NCBI GenBank assembly: GCA_038150225.1
Contig: JAYQWG010000006.1
Coordinates: 1,092 to 65,091 of the forward strand
Reading direction: 5' to 3'
Length of the DNA stretch: 64,000 bases
DNA from: Chloroflexota bacterium
GTDB lineage: Bacteria > Chloroflexota > Dehalococcoidia > Lucifugimonadales > Lucifugimonadaceae
Part shown: in pieces, positions 39,161-47,725 of the stretch
How positions within the stretch are numbered: position 1 is the first letter of the stretch
Layout: every line of letters begins with the position of its first letter
Notes under the pieces: model-generated
Databases searched by the model: none
Told to the model about the DNA's origin: nothing
Seen by the model: the letters and a program-made list of their open reading frames with translations, nothing else
Made by a program: the position numbers and the translations under genes

Positions 39161-39880
39161 ATGTCTGGTGAGCGAATTCTCGTTGTCGACGATGCTCCAG
39201 ATATTCTGGAAGCTCTCCACGCGACTCTCGAAGACTCCGGTTTCCAGGTGGCAGCGGCTCCTGACGGCAGGACGGCACTTCGTAAGTTCTACGAATTTCA
39301 GCCACAGTTGGTCGCGCTGGATCTGGTGATGCCAGCTATGGGTGGAATCGAAGTTTGTCGCCAAATTCGGACGATGTCTGACGTACCGGTTGTGTTCTTG
39401 AGTGGAGTTGAAGACATTGACCAAAAGGTCTAGGCACTTCGGTCTGGCGGTGACGATTTTGTTACCAAAGGCGGGAGTTTGATTGAACTTCAAGCTCGAA
39501 TCGAGAGCAATCTACGTCGAGCAAGTACTTCAGTACCAACCTCAATCAACGAGGGATTCCAAGACCAGATCCTTGACATCAACTTCATAACGAGCGAAGT
39601 GCAGGTAAACGGCAGTGCCATTGATCTGACTCCAATTGAGTACAAGTTGCTCAACGAGCTTGTAGTGAACGTTGGGTCTCCGGTGCCGCCGAACGATCTT
39701 CTTGAAAGAGTTTGGGGACCGGGATACGAAACCGAGAACCTTGTGAAGTGGCACATGTCCAGACTCAGGAAGAAACTCGGTGATAACGATCCGTCACGGA
39801 AACTAATCACGACACGGCGAGGATTTGGCTACGTCTACAACAGCCCTGGTGCGTCAAGCGAACTGCGTCAGGCTGCGTAA
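39161..39880 (+). pseudogene. OmpR-family response regulator interrupted by an in-frame TAG (39431..39433)
   Basis: ORFs 39161..39433 and 39479..39880 are in the same frame. Reading through gives ...SGVEDIDQKV-TAG-ALRSGGDDFVTKGGSLIELQARIESNLRR..., a contiguous receiver domain followed by a winged-helix output (LTPIEYKLL, VKWHMSRLRKKL). Confidence 0.7.
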
Positions 39881-39889
39881 GGGACGAAC

Positions 39890-40498
39890 ATGCTAGATCC
39901 AAGATTTCAAGAACGTCTCGAATTCATCGACGAACGAGATGAAGAGGGAAAGCCAACTGTTCGTGCCCAAATCGGATTGAAAATCCAGGGGTATTCTGAG
40001 GACGTCGAGCGTCTTCGCATATCACTAGCCGAGCTAGAGGAAGAAGTTCTCAAACTGCAGTCAAGTGTCGAGGCGCAAGCGCTGTCCATCGCTGAACAGG
40101 AAAGTCGTCGGACAGATTTGATCACTGACGCCCAGCACGCGCCGGTTCGAGCTGCAATGTCCGAAAGCGGTGGTGCGGCAGCAAGATTGCGCCGTCAGGC
40201 ACAAGACACACGCGACCGTATTGAGGAATTCGAGAAAGATTTTTCCGCTGAGCAAGCCAGACTTGAACAAACTGAACTTACGCTCAACGCAAAGAAGACT
40301 GCTGTAAAAGAGCAGCGAGACATGATCGTACGCCGACTGAACACAATGAGCTCACTCGCAGTGAGGGCGGGTGTTGAGTTCGGGACCGAGATCGTCACAC
40401 CTGATAAGTCGAGTCAACCTCAACGGCGACCGGCACCAGTCAGGGCGATGCGACGGCGCCCACGTCGGGTACGAGTGCGCCGTAGGCGAGCTTCTTAG
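39890..40498 (+). CDS. Hypothetical coiled-coil protein with an Arg-rich C-terminal tail
   Basis: 202-aa ORF starting 9 nt after the response regulator stop. It has heptad-like, Glu/Arg/Gln-rich sequence and ends in RRPAPVRAMRRRPRRVRVRRRRAS. I recognise no family. Confidence 0.55.
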   Translation: MLDPRFQERLEFIDERDEEGKPTVRAQIGLKIQGYSEDVERLRISLAELEEEVLKLQSSVEAQALSIAEQESRRTDLITDAQHAPVRAAMSESGGAAARLRRQAQDTRDRIEEFEKDFSAEQARLEQTELTLNAKKTAVKEQRDMIVRRLNTMSSLAVRAGVEFGTEIVTPDKSSQPQRRPAPVRAMRRRPRRVRVRRRRAS

Positions 40499-40510
40499 GA
40501 ATTTCACGAA

Positions 40511-40551
40511 GAACATAAAAGCCATCGCACATTGCGATGGCTTTTATGTTC
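40511..40551. terminator. Perfect 19-bp palindromic hairpin, likely a bidirectional terminator
   Basis: Positions 40511..40529 pair perfectly with 40533..40551 around a 3-nt loop. A/T runs flank the GC core on both sides. The hairpin sits between the 3' end of the + strand ORF and the 3' end of the - strand tRNA. Confidence 0.7.
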
Positions 40552-40555
40552 GGCA

Positions 40556-40632
40556 TGGCACCCCCGGCGGGACTCGAACCCACAACCTAAAGATTAGAAG
40601 TCTTTCGCTCTATCCAATTGAGCTACAGGGGC
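40556..40632 (-). tRNA. tRNA-Arg (anticodon TCT), with encoded CCA
   Basis: The reverse complement GCCCCTGTAGCTCAATTGGATAGAGCGAAAGACTTCTAATCTTTAGGTTGTGGGTTCGAGTCCCGCCGGGGGTGCCA folds as a cloverleaf. The D arm is GCTC/GAGC. The anticodon stem AAAGA/TCTTT carries loop CTTCTAA. The T arm is GTGGG-TTCGAGT-CCCGC. Confidence 0.92.
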
Positions 40633-40687
40633 AACATCTTCATTCTACGAGCGATTGAAAATTTCGCTCTGGTAAATCGATTGCAAA

Positions 40688-41893
40688 TTACTGAATTGCG
40701 CCAGAATCCCTTAACTCCGCGATTTCGTCCTGAGTCATTCCGAGGAGATCACCGAGTATCTCACCGGTGTGCTCCCCTAACTTTGGAGCAGGTTGTGTGG
40801 CTTCGTTCGAACCATCAGTTGCTATCGGACCGGCGATTTGTCCGATGCGCCCCATTTCGGGGTGGTCGACTTCAAGCATTAAATTCCGTGCGAGGACCTG
40901 TTCATCCTTCAGCGCTTCTTTGATCGAGTTCACTGGACCTGACGGCACCTTGCCACGAAACAACTTCAGCCATTCATTGCTCGTTTTGGTTTTTAACTTC
41001 GCCTCGAGTATTGGCAATAACTCATCCTGATTCTTGTAACGCTCGCCAAACGTCAAAAATCTCGGATCGTCGACGAGTTCGCTAGAACCAATCAACTCGG
41101 CAAAGTTCTTCCAAAAATGCTCTTTTGCACAGAAAACTGATATCCATCCGTCAGATGTGGCGAAGTTTTGGGCAGGAACCAGTGATTGGTGAGCTGAGCC
41201 AGTTCGTTCAGCTTTCCAATCACTGTTCATGGTCCATGATCCGAAGTAGGTCAACATCGACACCGCCGTGTCCAGCAAACTCACATCCACATCTCGCCCA
41301 ACACCAGTTTGCTTCGCGTCCAGAACCGCAGATACAAGACCAAGAGCAGCTGCATAGCCTCCAGCAAAGTCGATGATGGATACGGCAGATTTCCCTGGCG
41401 GTCCATCAATCTCACCTGTAATCGACATGTAACCGGCCATTCCTTGCATGATCGGGTCGTAGCCAGGCTCTGAAACTCTGGGGCCCGTTCGGCCGAATCC
41501 CGAGAGAGAGCAAGTGACCACCGAGGGATTCAGGTGCTTCAATTGGTCGTATGTAATGCCGATTCGTTCTGGTAAATCTCCGCGCAGGTTGTTGAAGACG
41601 GCGTCGCACTTAGGCACAAGCTGTTCGAACACCCTTCGACCCTCTACGTTGCGAAGGTCAATACCAATAGATTTCGACCCACGATTAAAAGCTTGGAAGT
41701 AGAGAGAATCCCCATCTTTTGCACCGGGTGGGACGAACCTTGCTACGTCGCCGCCAGTTGTAGGATCTTCGATCTTGATGACTTCGGCGCCCAGGTCACT
41801 GAGGTTAAGAGTGGCAAACGGTCCCGCCCCGAATTGAGAAATCGCCAGAATTCGGATTCCGGCGAGAGGTCCTTTGCGTGGTGATTCGGTCAT
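40688..41893 (-). CDS. Family III CoA-transferase (CaiB/BaiF type)
   Basis: 401-aa ORF containing GIRILAISQFGAGPFATLNLSDLGAEVIKIE and the overall family III layout. Confidence 0.85.
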   Translation of the reverse strand: MTESPRKGPLAGIRILAISQFGAGPFATLNLSDLGAEVIKIEDPTTGGDVARFVPPGAKDGDSLYFQAFNRGSKSIGIDLRNVEGRRVFEQLVPKCDAVFNNLRGDLPERIGITYDQLKHLNPSVVTCSLSGFGRTGPRVSEPGYDPIMQGMAGYMSITGEIDGPPGKSAVSIIDFAGGYAAALGLVSAVLDAKQTGVGRDVDVSLLDTAVSMLTYFGSWTMNSDWKAERTGSAHQSLVPAQNFATSDGWISVFCAKEHFWKNFAELIGSSELVDDPRFLTFGERYKNQDELLPILEAKLKTKTSNEWLKLFRGKVPSGPVNSIKEALKDEQVLARNLMLEVDHPEMGRIGQIAGPIATDGSNEATQPAPKLGEHTGEILGDLLGMTQDEIAELRDSGAIQ

Positions 41894-42379
41894 TTAGCTT
41901 TTTTCGTGGGGCAACTTACCCTCACCGAGCGTTTCGTGATGACGCGTTGGGACAAGTACGTGCCGTCGAACGGTCATGACTCGCTCGTCTCGTTGGTTGA
42001 GCACCTCTGTTTCGATATACACAACCCCACGGTCGCCTTTGGAAGTAATACGAGTGTCGAGCACTTGCGATTTTGTGTAGATGGTGTCTCCGTGGAAAGT
42101 AGGTGCCTCATGGGTGACTGACTCGTAATCGAGGTTTGCGATTGCCCGCCCACTTATGTCTGCAACCGTTTGCCCTATTGCTACCGACAGCACCAGTAGT
42201 CCGTTAACTAGGTTTTGTCCGTGCTGTGTGCCAGCTGCATAGTGAGCATCGATGTGAACCGGGTGTTGGTTCTGGGTAAGGAGTGAAAACCATGTGTCGT
42301 CTGCCTCGGAAATGGTTCTCCCAGGCCAGTGGACGATAACTTGGTCCTTTTCAAAATCTTCAAAAAATCTGCCGTACAT
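41894..42379 (-). CDS. MaoC-like (R)-specific enoyl-CoA hydratase/dehydratase (single hotdog)
   Basis: Contains GRFFEDF, LTQNQHPVHID and a hotdog-fold C-terminal part. ATG 42379 is preferred over GTG 42430. It directly abuts the CoA-transferase gene. Confidence 0.75.
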   Translation of the reverse strand: MYGRFFEDFEKDQVIVHWPGRTISEADDTWFSLLTQNQHPVHIDAHYAAGTQHGQNLVNGLLVLSVAIGQTVADISGRAIANLDYESVTHEAPTFHGDTIYTKSQVLDTRITSKGDRGVVYIETEVLNQRDERVMTVRRHVLVPTRHHETLGEGKLPHEKS

Positions 42380-43301
42380 TTGTCCGTTGTCCGTAAAGCA
42401 AGTCAGCGTCGCGCAGAACGTTCTGGGCACGTTTAATTACTGGCATGTCGATCATTTCGCCATCCAGCGCGACAGCGCCCTTACCATCTTTCTCGGCCTG
42501 TTCGGCGGCATCGAGAACAGCTCTAGCGCGCTCGATTTCTGAGTCAGAAGGTCGAAACACCGATTCGATTACTTCAGTCTGAGAAGGGTGGATTGCGAGC
42601 TTCCCTTTATATCCGAGTGCCTTGGCTTCACGTGAGTCGTTCTCAAGGGACTCAAGATCTCTGAATTTTGTGTGAGGTGTGTCGAGAATGTGAACCCCTG
42701 CTGCCCTGGCAGCTACTGCAACCGCGGATCGGGCATACGCCAACCCTGGCTCAAGTGCGGCGGAGGCGCCATCTCCCGTGTTGTCTACCGATCTACTAAT
42801 ACCCATGTCGGCGGAAAAATCTTCGGCACCGAAAGCCGCCCATTGAATTCGGGCAGACGAGGCACAGATATCGTAGGCGTTTACGATTGCACCGGCTGTT
42901 TCTAGCCACGGCAGAATACGAATGCTGCCCTTCGTGACACCGTTCTTTGATTCTGCTTGTTCAATCATTTGTTCGACGGCTCGGACATCTTCAACTGAAC
43001 TGATTTTTCCTACTGACAATCCGACAATATGATCGGAAACGACTGCGGATATTTCGTATGCTGCGAGTCCGGTTTCGAGAGAGTTGATTCTCGGGCAAAG
43101 GTATTTTCCTGCGCTTTGCAGGGCGGGGAGGTGCTCGACGACTGTTTGTCGGGCTGCTACTTTCTCCGCGTCCGGTACGGAATCTTCAAGGTCAGGGATG
43201 AGCCACTGAGTTGAGAAACCTTCTGCCTTTGCGAGCATGTCGGCTCGGTTTCCTGGGACGAAGAGTAGCGTGCGTGGGGGTGAGATGTTTTCTTTGGTCA
43301 A
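42360..43301 (-). CDS. HpcH/CitE-like acyl-CoA lyase (citrate lyase beta / malyl- or citramalyl-CoA lyase type)
   Basis: Contains LLFVPGNRADMLAKA, IPDLEDSV and the IHPSQ motif. TTG start. Confidence 0.8.
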   Translation of the reverse strand: MTKENISPPRTLLFVPGNRADMLAKAEGFSTQWLIPDLEDSVPDAEKVAARQTVVEHLPALQSAGKYLCPRINSLETGLAAYEISAVVSDHIVGLSVGKISSVEDVRAVEQMIEQAESKNGVTKGSIRILPWLETAGAIVNAYDICASSARIQWAAFGAEDFSADMGISRSVDNTGDGASAALEPGLAYARSAVAVAARAAGVHILDTPHTKFRDLESLENDSREAKALGYKGKLAIHPSQTEVIESVFRPSDSEIERARAVLDAAEQAEKDGKGAVALDGEMIDMPVIKRAQNVLRDADLLYGQRTNVRQIF

Positions 43302-43391
43302 TGGAATCGCTTTGAAGTGCTAAGACGATGATCATACCCATCAGCGGACCCTGATGCAGTCGAATGTCGATGAGCTACCCTTGTTTTCGTA

Positions 43392-44300
43392 ATGACCGCA
43401 CTAACAGACTTCAACATATTATTTCCGGACGAATTTATCTCAAATGCGGACGAGTCGATACGCGCTGTATTGGACACGAATAATCCCTCTGAAAGCTCAA
43501 AATTCCTGGTAGTAGGCGAGGGCATCGGGATCGACGAAATCACGGCCCGTAAGCCGGAGGTTGTTCAGTTCACGCACTGTCGACCTTCGTACGAGCTTGT
43601 GAATGGTTTGCTGACTGACGGGATTATCGTCGCCGGTGTGTCGCCTGTTATCGCACCGCGAGTCGCTAAGCGTGTTCTGGGCTTCGCAGGTGCGCTGGGA
43701 ATATGCAACTCAACTTCGTGGGGAATTGTCGGATTTGGTCGAGTCGGGGCCGAGACTACATCTCAACTTTTGTCTTCAGAAGGGTATGTTTCAGTCACCG
43801 ACATTCGAACGCCAAAAGCCGGTCTACTCACTGATCTGGGCGTTAGGCGTAAAACGCTCGACTTACTCATGTCGGGATCGGATGCAATTTCGATTCATGT
43901 TTCTGATGGCCCGACGTCTCGACCATTGATTACCACAAGAGAGATCAACTTATTTCCAGAAGGTGCTGTTGTGATCAATACCGCGCACAGTCTGGCTGTT
44001 GCCGAACAAGATGTTGTTGATGCCCTGCGAGCTGGGAGGATAGTCGGTTACGCAACCGATTGCGCTGGCGAAGTGATCAAACGGCTGAGCCAGGAATCTG
44101 AATTTGAGGGAAAGCTGATCGTGACCACAAATCCGCTCACAAACCAGATTGGCGCACCTCAACAAATTGCGCGATTCGCCATTGCCAATGCAGAAAACTT
44201 TAATCTCGATCGCGAAATCGATGGGCGCATCGAACAAGTCGACTTCCCAGACATCGGGGATCCTAGTTTCTGGTCATCGAAAATGAGTCCAACCAGCTAG
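43392..44300 (+). CDS. D-2-hydroxyacid-dehydrogenase-fold protein with non-canonical active-site positions
   Basis: The Rossmann motif GIVGFGRVGAET is present. NTAHS replaces NT.RG and TTNPLTN replaces TPH, by comparison with the canonical paralog at 32628..33617. Confidence 0.65.
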   Translation: MTALTDFNILFPDEFISNADESIRAVLDTNNPSESSKFLVVGEGIGIDEITARKPEVVQFTHCRPSYELVNGLLTDGIIVAGVSPVIAPRVAKRVLGFAGALGICNSTSWGIVGFGRVGAETTSQLLSSEGYVSVTDIRTPKAGLLTDLGVRRKTLDLLMSGSDAISIHVSDGPTSRPLITTREINLFPEGAVVINTAHSLAVAEQDVVDALRAGRIVGYATDCAGEVIKRLSQESEFEGKLIVTTNPLTNQIGAPQQIARFAIANAENFNLDREIDGRIEQVDFPDIGDPSFWSSKMSPTS

Positions 44301-47014
44301 CTGGAAACCATTCGGTCAATTTTCACAGCGCAGGCTTTGAATTCCGGGGTTTCAGTGATGAAATCGTAGGCATCCGAAGTCAAACGGTTGGTTTGAGTTA
44401 GCTCTGGGAACGCAAACGTCATAAATACCGCTCCCTTTGGCGACCTGTCGGTGACTTTCACGGGGGCTGTTACTGATCCGCGTCGCGAACTGACCTCGAC
44501 CAATTCACCATCGGTAACACCCAGTGAATCGGCATCAGATGGATTTACTTCGACGAATTCACGTGGGACCAACAGGTCAAACCCGGTCGCTCGTCCAGTT
44601 TGTGTGCCAGTGTGATACGTAGACCGTCTGCGACCGGTGGTTAGAACCAACGGATAATCCGCATCTGGCTCTTCAACAGGCGGAATGTGGTCGACCGGTG
44701 CAAAGAATCCCGGAATCCCGGAATCCATCTCGTCTTTGTGGAGATATGGAGTACCTGGGTGATCTTCGTCAGGGCAAGGCCATTGAATTCCACCCTCGTT
44801 GTCGAGTCGTTCGTACGAAATGCCCGTAAACAGTGGTGCAAGTTGGCGCATTTCGTCCCAGACATCCGATGCGGTACTGGATTTTTCTGGAACTCCGAAC
44901 CTTTTCATCAGTTCGAGTAGGATATCCACGTCCGTCTTAGACTCGCCAACCGGATCTATCGCCGGTCGAACGCGCTGAACTCTTCGTTCACTGTTCACAA
45001 ATGTTCCGTCCGATTCAGCGAAACTCGCGGCAGGCAACACTACGTCCGCCAACTTCGCAGTGTCAGTCATAAAAATATCTTGTACTACCAGGAAATCTAA
45101 TGCTTCCAGGGCTGCTTGAGCATGGTTCGTGTTCGGGTCGGATACGACCGTATTTTCCCCCATGATGTAGGCAGCTCGAACTCGCTTGCGAACCATCTGG
45201 TCCATGGCAGTTATTTTGGTTATGCCGCGTCGCTTCGGGAGTTCGACACCCCAGGCAGCTTCAAATTTTTCGCGTACACCTGGCCTCTCAAGCTTCTGGT
45301 AACCCGGAAGGTCGGTTGGGAGAGCGCCTGAATCCGAAGCACCTTGAACGTTATTTTGACCGCGTAGCGGGTTGACACCGGCGCTAGGTTTACCGAAGTT
45401 GCCACCCAACATTCCGAGATTGGCCACCGACTGTACGTTATGTGATCCGCAGGAGTGCTCGGTAATTCCAAGGGTGTAGCAAATTGCTGCTTTTCCGGAT
45501 GCTGCAGCGTACTCACGAGCTGTTGAGTAGATATCTTCTGCTGATACACCGCATATTTCTGACGCGTACTCCGGTGTGTAGTTTTCGACGTGCTTTGCTA
45601 ACTCATCGAAGCCTTCTGTGCGGTTCTCGACGTACTTCGCATCGAACAGATTCTCTTTGATCATCACGTGAGCCAGCGCGTTGAAGAGGGGAATGTCTGT
45701 TCCAATCTTGATCTGGAGATGCCTTGTTGCCCAATTAGTCAATTCCGTCTTGCGAGGATCAACCACGATCAATTTCGCACCGTTTTTTACAGCACGTTTC
45801 ATGCGCAATGAAATGACTGGGTGTGCCTCGGTCGTGTTGGAACCGGCGACGAGCAACAGATCCGTATCGGCGAGTTCCTCTATCGAGTTCGTCATCGCCC
45901 CTTTACCAACCATGACCGCCATACCGGCGACCGTAGGAGCGTGTCAGGTACGTGAACAGTTGTCGATATTGTTAGTCCCGACACCTACTCGAGCGAATTT
46001 CTGCATCAGATAATTCGCTTCAGTCACCGTACGCGCTGACGACCAGCAAACGACCGAGTCAGGGCCAGTTTCTGAAGTGATGGATTTGATTTCGTCGGTG
46101 ACGCGGGTAAGTGCTTCGTCCCAAGAGGCGCGCCGGAAAACACCATCATCTTTAATAAGCGGGAATTTCAGTCTTTCCTCGTCTCGAACGAACTCCCACG
46201 ATGCGAATTGACCTTTGACGCACAACGACCCACGACTCGGTGCGTCGAAGTCTGGTTCTGTTCCCTTCAATTCGCCGTTTTCGGAAAGAAGGTGTATTCC
46301 ACAACCGACTCCGCAGTAGGGGCAAACAGTTTTGGTTCTCTCGAGTTTCTCGGAGGAAGTTTTTCCGACAATCTTTCTGTCAGTTAGGGCACCAGTCGGA
46401 CAGGTGTTGATGCACTGGCCGCAAAAGGTGCATGGTGATTCGAGCAGGTTGTTGTTGAAAAAACTCGTTATGGCATTTTGCTGGCCGCGCCCTTCAACCG
46501 TTATTGCTGATGCTTGTTCCCACTCACCGCAAATATTCGTGCATCGAAAGCACGATATGCAGTAGTCGTAGTCGCGTTGTATGAACGGGTTTGGATCTGG
46601 TGCTTTTGAACGCGTATCGAGTTTTGGGAAGGCATCCCATTTCGCATCGTATTCCTCGGCGCTGGCGTGCAGTTCACATTTCTTGAATGAGACACACTTC
46701 GGGCAGTCCGCCGGGCTCGATGTTTCAGATAACAGCAGTTCGAGCAGAGTTTTTCGATACCCGACAATTGAATCACTGTGGGTTTCAACGTCCATTCCCT
46801 CATCTACGAACGCAGTGCAGGCCGCTACCTGTTGAGTTTGTCCGTTGACTGTTACGTCGACCAGACACATCCGACACGACCCTTGCGGCCCTACACGCTC
46901 ATCGAAGCACAGTGTGGGGACGTCGAAACCTGCATCCTGCACAGCGTCTAGAACCCGACTGCCTTCCGTGCAGTCGACCCCAACACCATTCACAACGAGA
47001 TTTAGAGGTTCCAC
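44297..47014 (-). CDS. fdhA: Formate dehydrogenase alpha subunit (molybdopterin oxidoreductase with N-terminal 2Fe-2S and 4Fe-4S domains), selenocysteine-containing (TGA at 45944..45946)
   Basis: Two same-frame ORFs (45944..47014 and 44297..45922) are joined by one TGA. Read-through gives [32 protein letters not shown], the Sec/Cys Mo-ligand position of FdhF-type enzymes. The N-terminus has a plant-type 2Fe-2S Cys pattern plus ferredoxin-like CxxCxxCxxxCP motifs. Confidence 0.85.
45914..45932 (-). promoter_or_regulatory. Candidate bacterial SECIS hairpin
   Basis: The mRNA reads UGA-CACGCUCCUAC-GGUCGCC-GGUAU-GGCGGUC. This gives a 7-bp stem (two G-U pairs) with a GGU-containing loop. The stem begins 11 nt after the UGA. 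Confidence 0.6.
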
Positions 47015-47056
47015 TGGTTATTTGTCCTGCTTGAACACTATTTCATGCGAGCAGAT

Positions 47057-47725
47057 TTATTCACTCTGACTTCGCGATTCGGCTCGGACTTCTCGGACTC
47101 GATGCCAGATGAACCAGACAACTATGACTGCGACTGTCCCAATGATCGGGACATCAAATGGCTTGGTTACATCTCTGATTGAATCGTAGTTCTCACCGAG
47201 CAAGAACCCGCCCCAGGCAAGACCCAGAGTCCATGGGAATGCCCCGATAAACGTAAAAATACTGAACCGTATGACGTTCATTCGAGCGATTCCTGCCGGA
47301 ATCGAAATGAAGCCTCTTACCCCGGGAATCATCCGGGCGATAAATACGGTTATTTCACCCCTGGTTGCAAACCACCTGTCGGCCCGTTCAAGATCTTTCT
47401 GGGTGATGAGGAAGTATTTGCCGTATTTCTCCATTATAGGACGTCCGCCTGCACGCGAGAGGTAATACTCGGCAAGTGAGCCAATCAAGCTGCCCACCGC
47501 GCCGTAGAACCCGGCGAGGAACACATGAGGAACGCCGTGTCCCTCGTCGAGTACGAGTCTCCACCCGGCCAGCGGCATGATTACTTCACTTGGTAGGGGG
47601 ATAGCGGTGCTTTCGATCGACATCAGGACGATGACGCCAAACCAACCCATGAATTCGTAGACATCACTTGAGAACGACAGGACGAACGTCTCGATGGTGT
47701 GGATCAGATCCGTTATGAAATCTAT
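47057..47725 (-). CDS. DedA-family (VTT/SNARE-associated domain) membrane protein; start uncertain
   Basis: The core IESTAIPLPSEVIMPLAGW...GRPIMEKYGKY...GVRGFISIPAG is DedA-like. The ORF track starts at ATG 47650, which has no SD. The frame is open upstream, and ATA 47725..47723 has GGAG 8 nt upstream. That start would add (M)DFITDLIHTIETFVLSFSSDVYEF. Confidence 0.6.
   Translation of the reverse strand: MDFITDLIHTIETFVLSFSSDVYEFMGWFGVIVLMSIESTAIPLPSEVIMPLAGWRLVLDEGHGVPHVFLAGFYGAVGSLIGSLAEYYLSRAGGRPIMEKYGKYFLITQKDLERADRWFATRGEITVFIARMIPGVRGFISIPAGIARMNVIRFSIFTFIGAFPWTLGLAWGGFLLGENYDSIRDVTKPFDVPIIGTVAVIVVWFIWHRVREVRAESRSQSE

Noticed and set aside
39431-39433. Pyrrolysine or other programmed recoding of the TAG in the response regulator
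   Set aside because: No pyl genes are in the window. TAG terminates several well-defined genes here (rpoD, the ThrC-like gene, fdhA, the aminotransferase at 29915). Decay or a sequence error is the simpler explanation.
38905-43301. Genomic island integrated at tRNA-Arg(TCT)
   Set aside because: No integrase, excisionase, transposase or phage gene lies on either side. I saw no direct repeat of the tRNA 3' end. The flanking genes are ordinary regulatory and metabolic genes.
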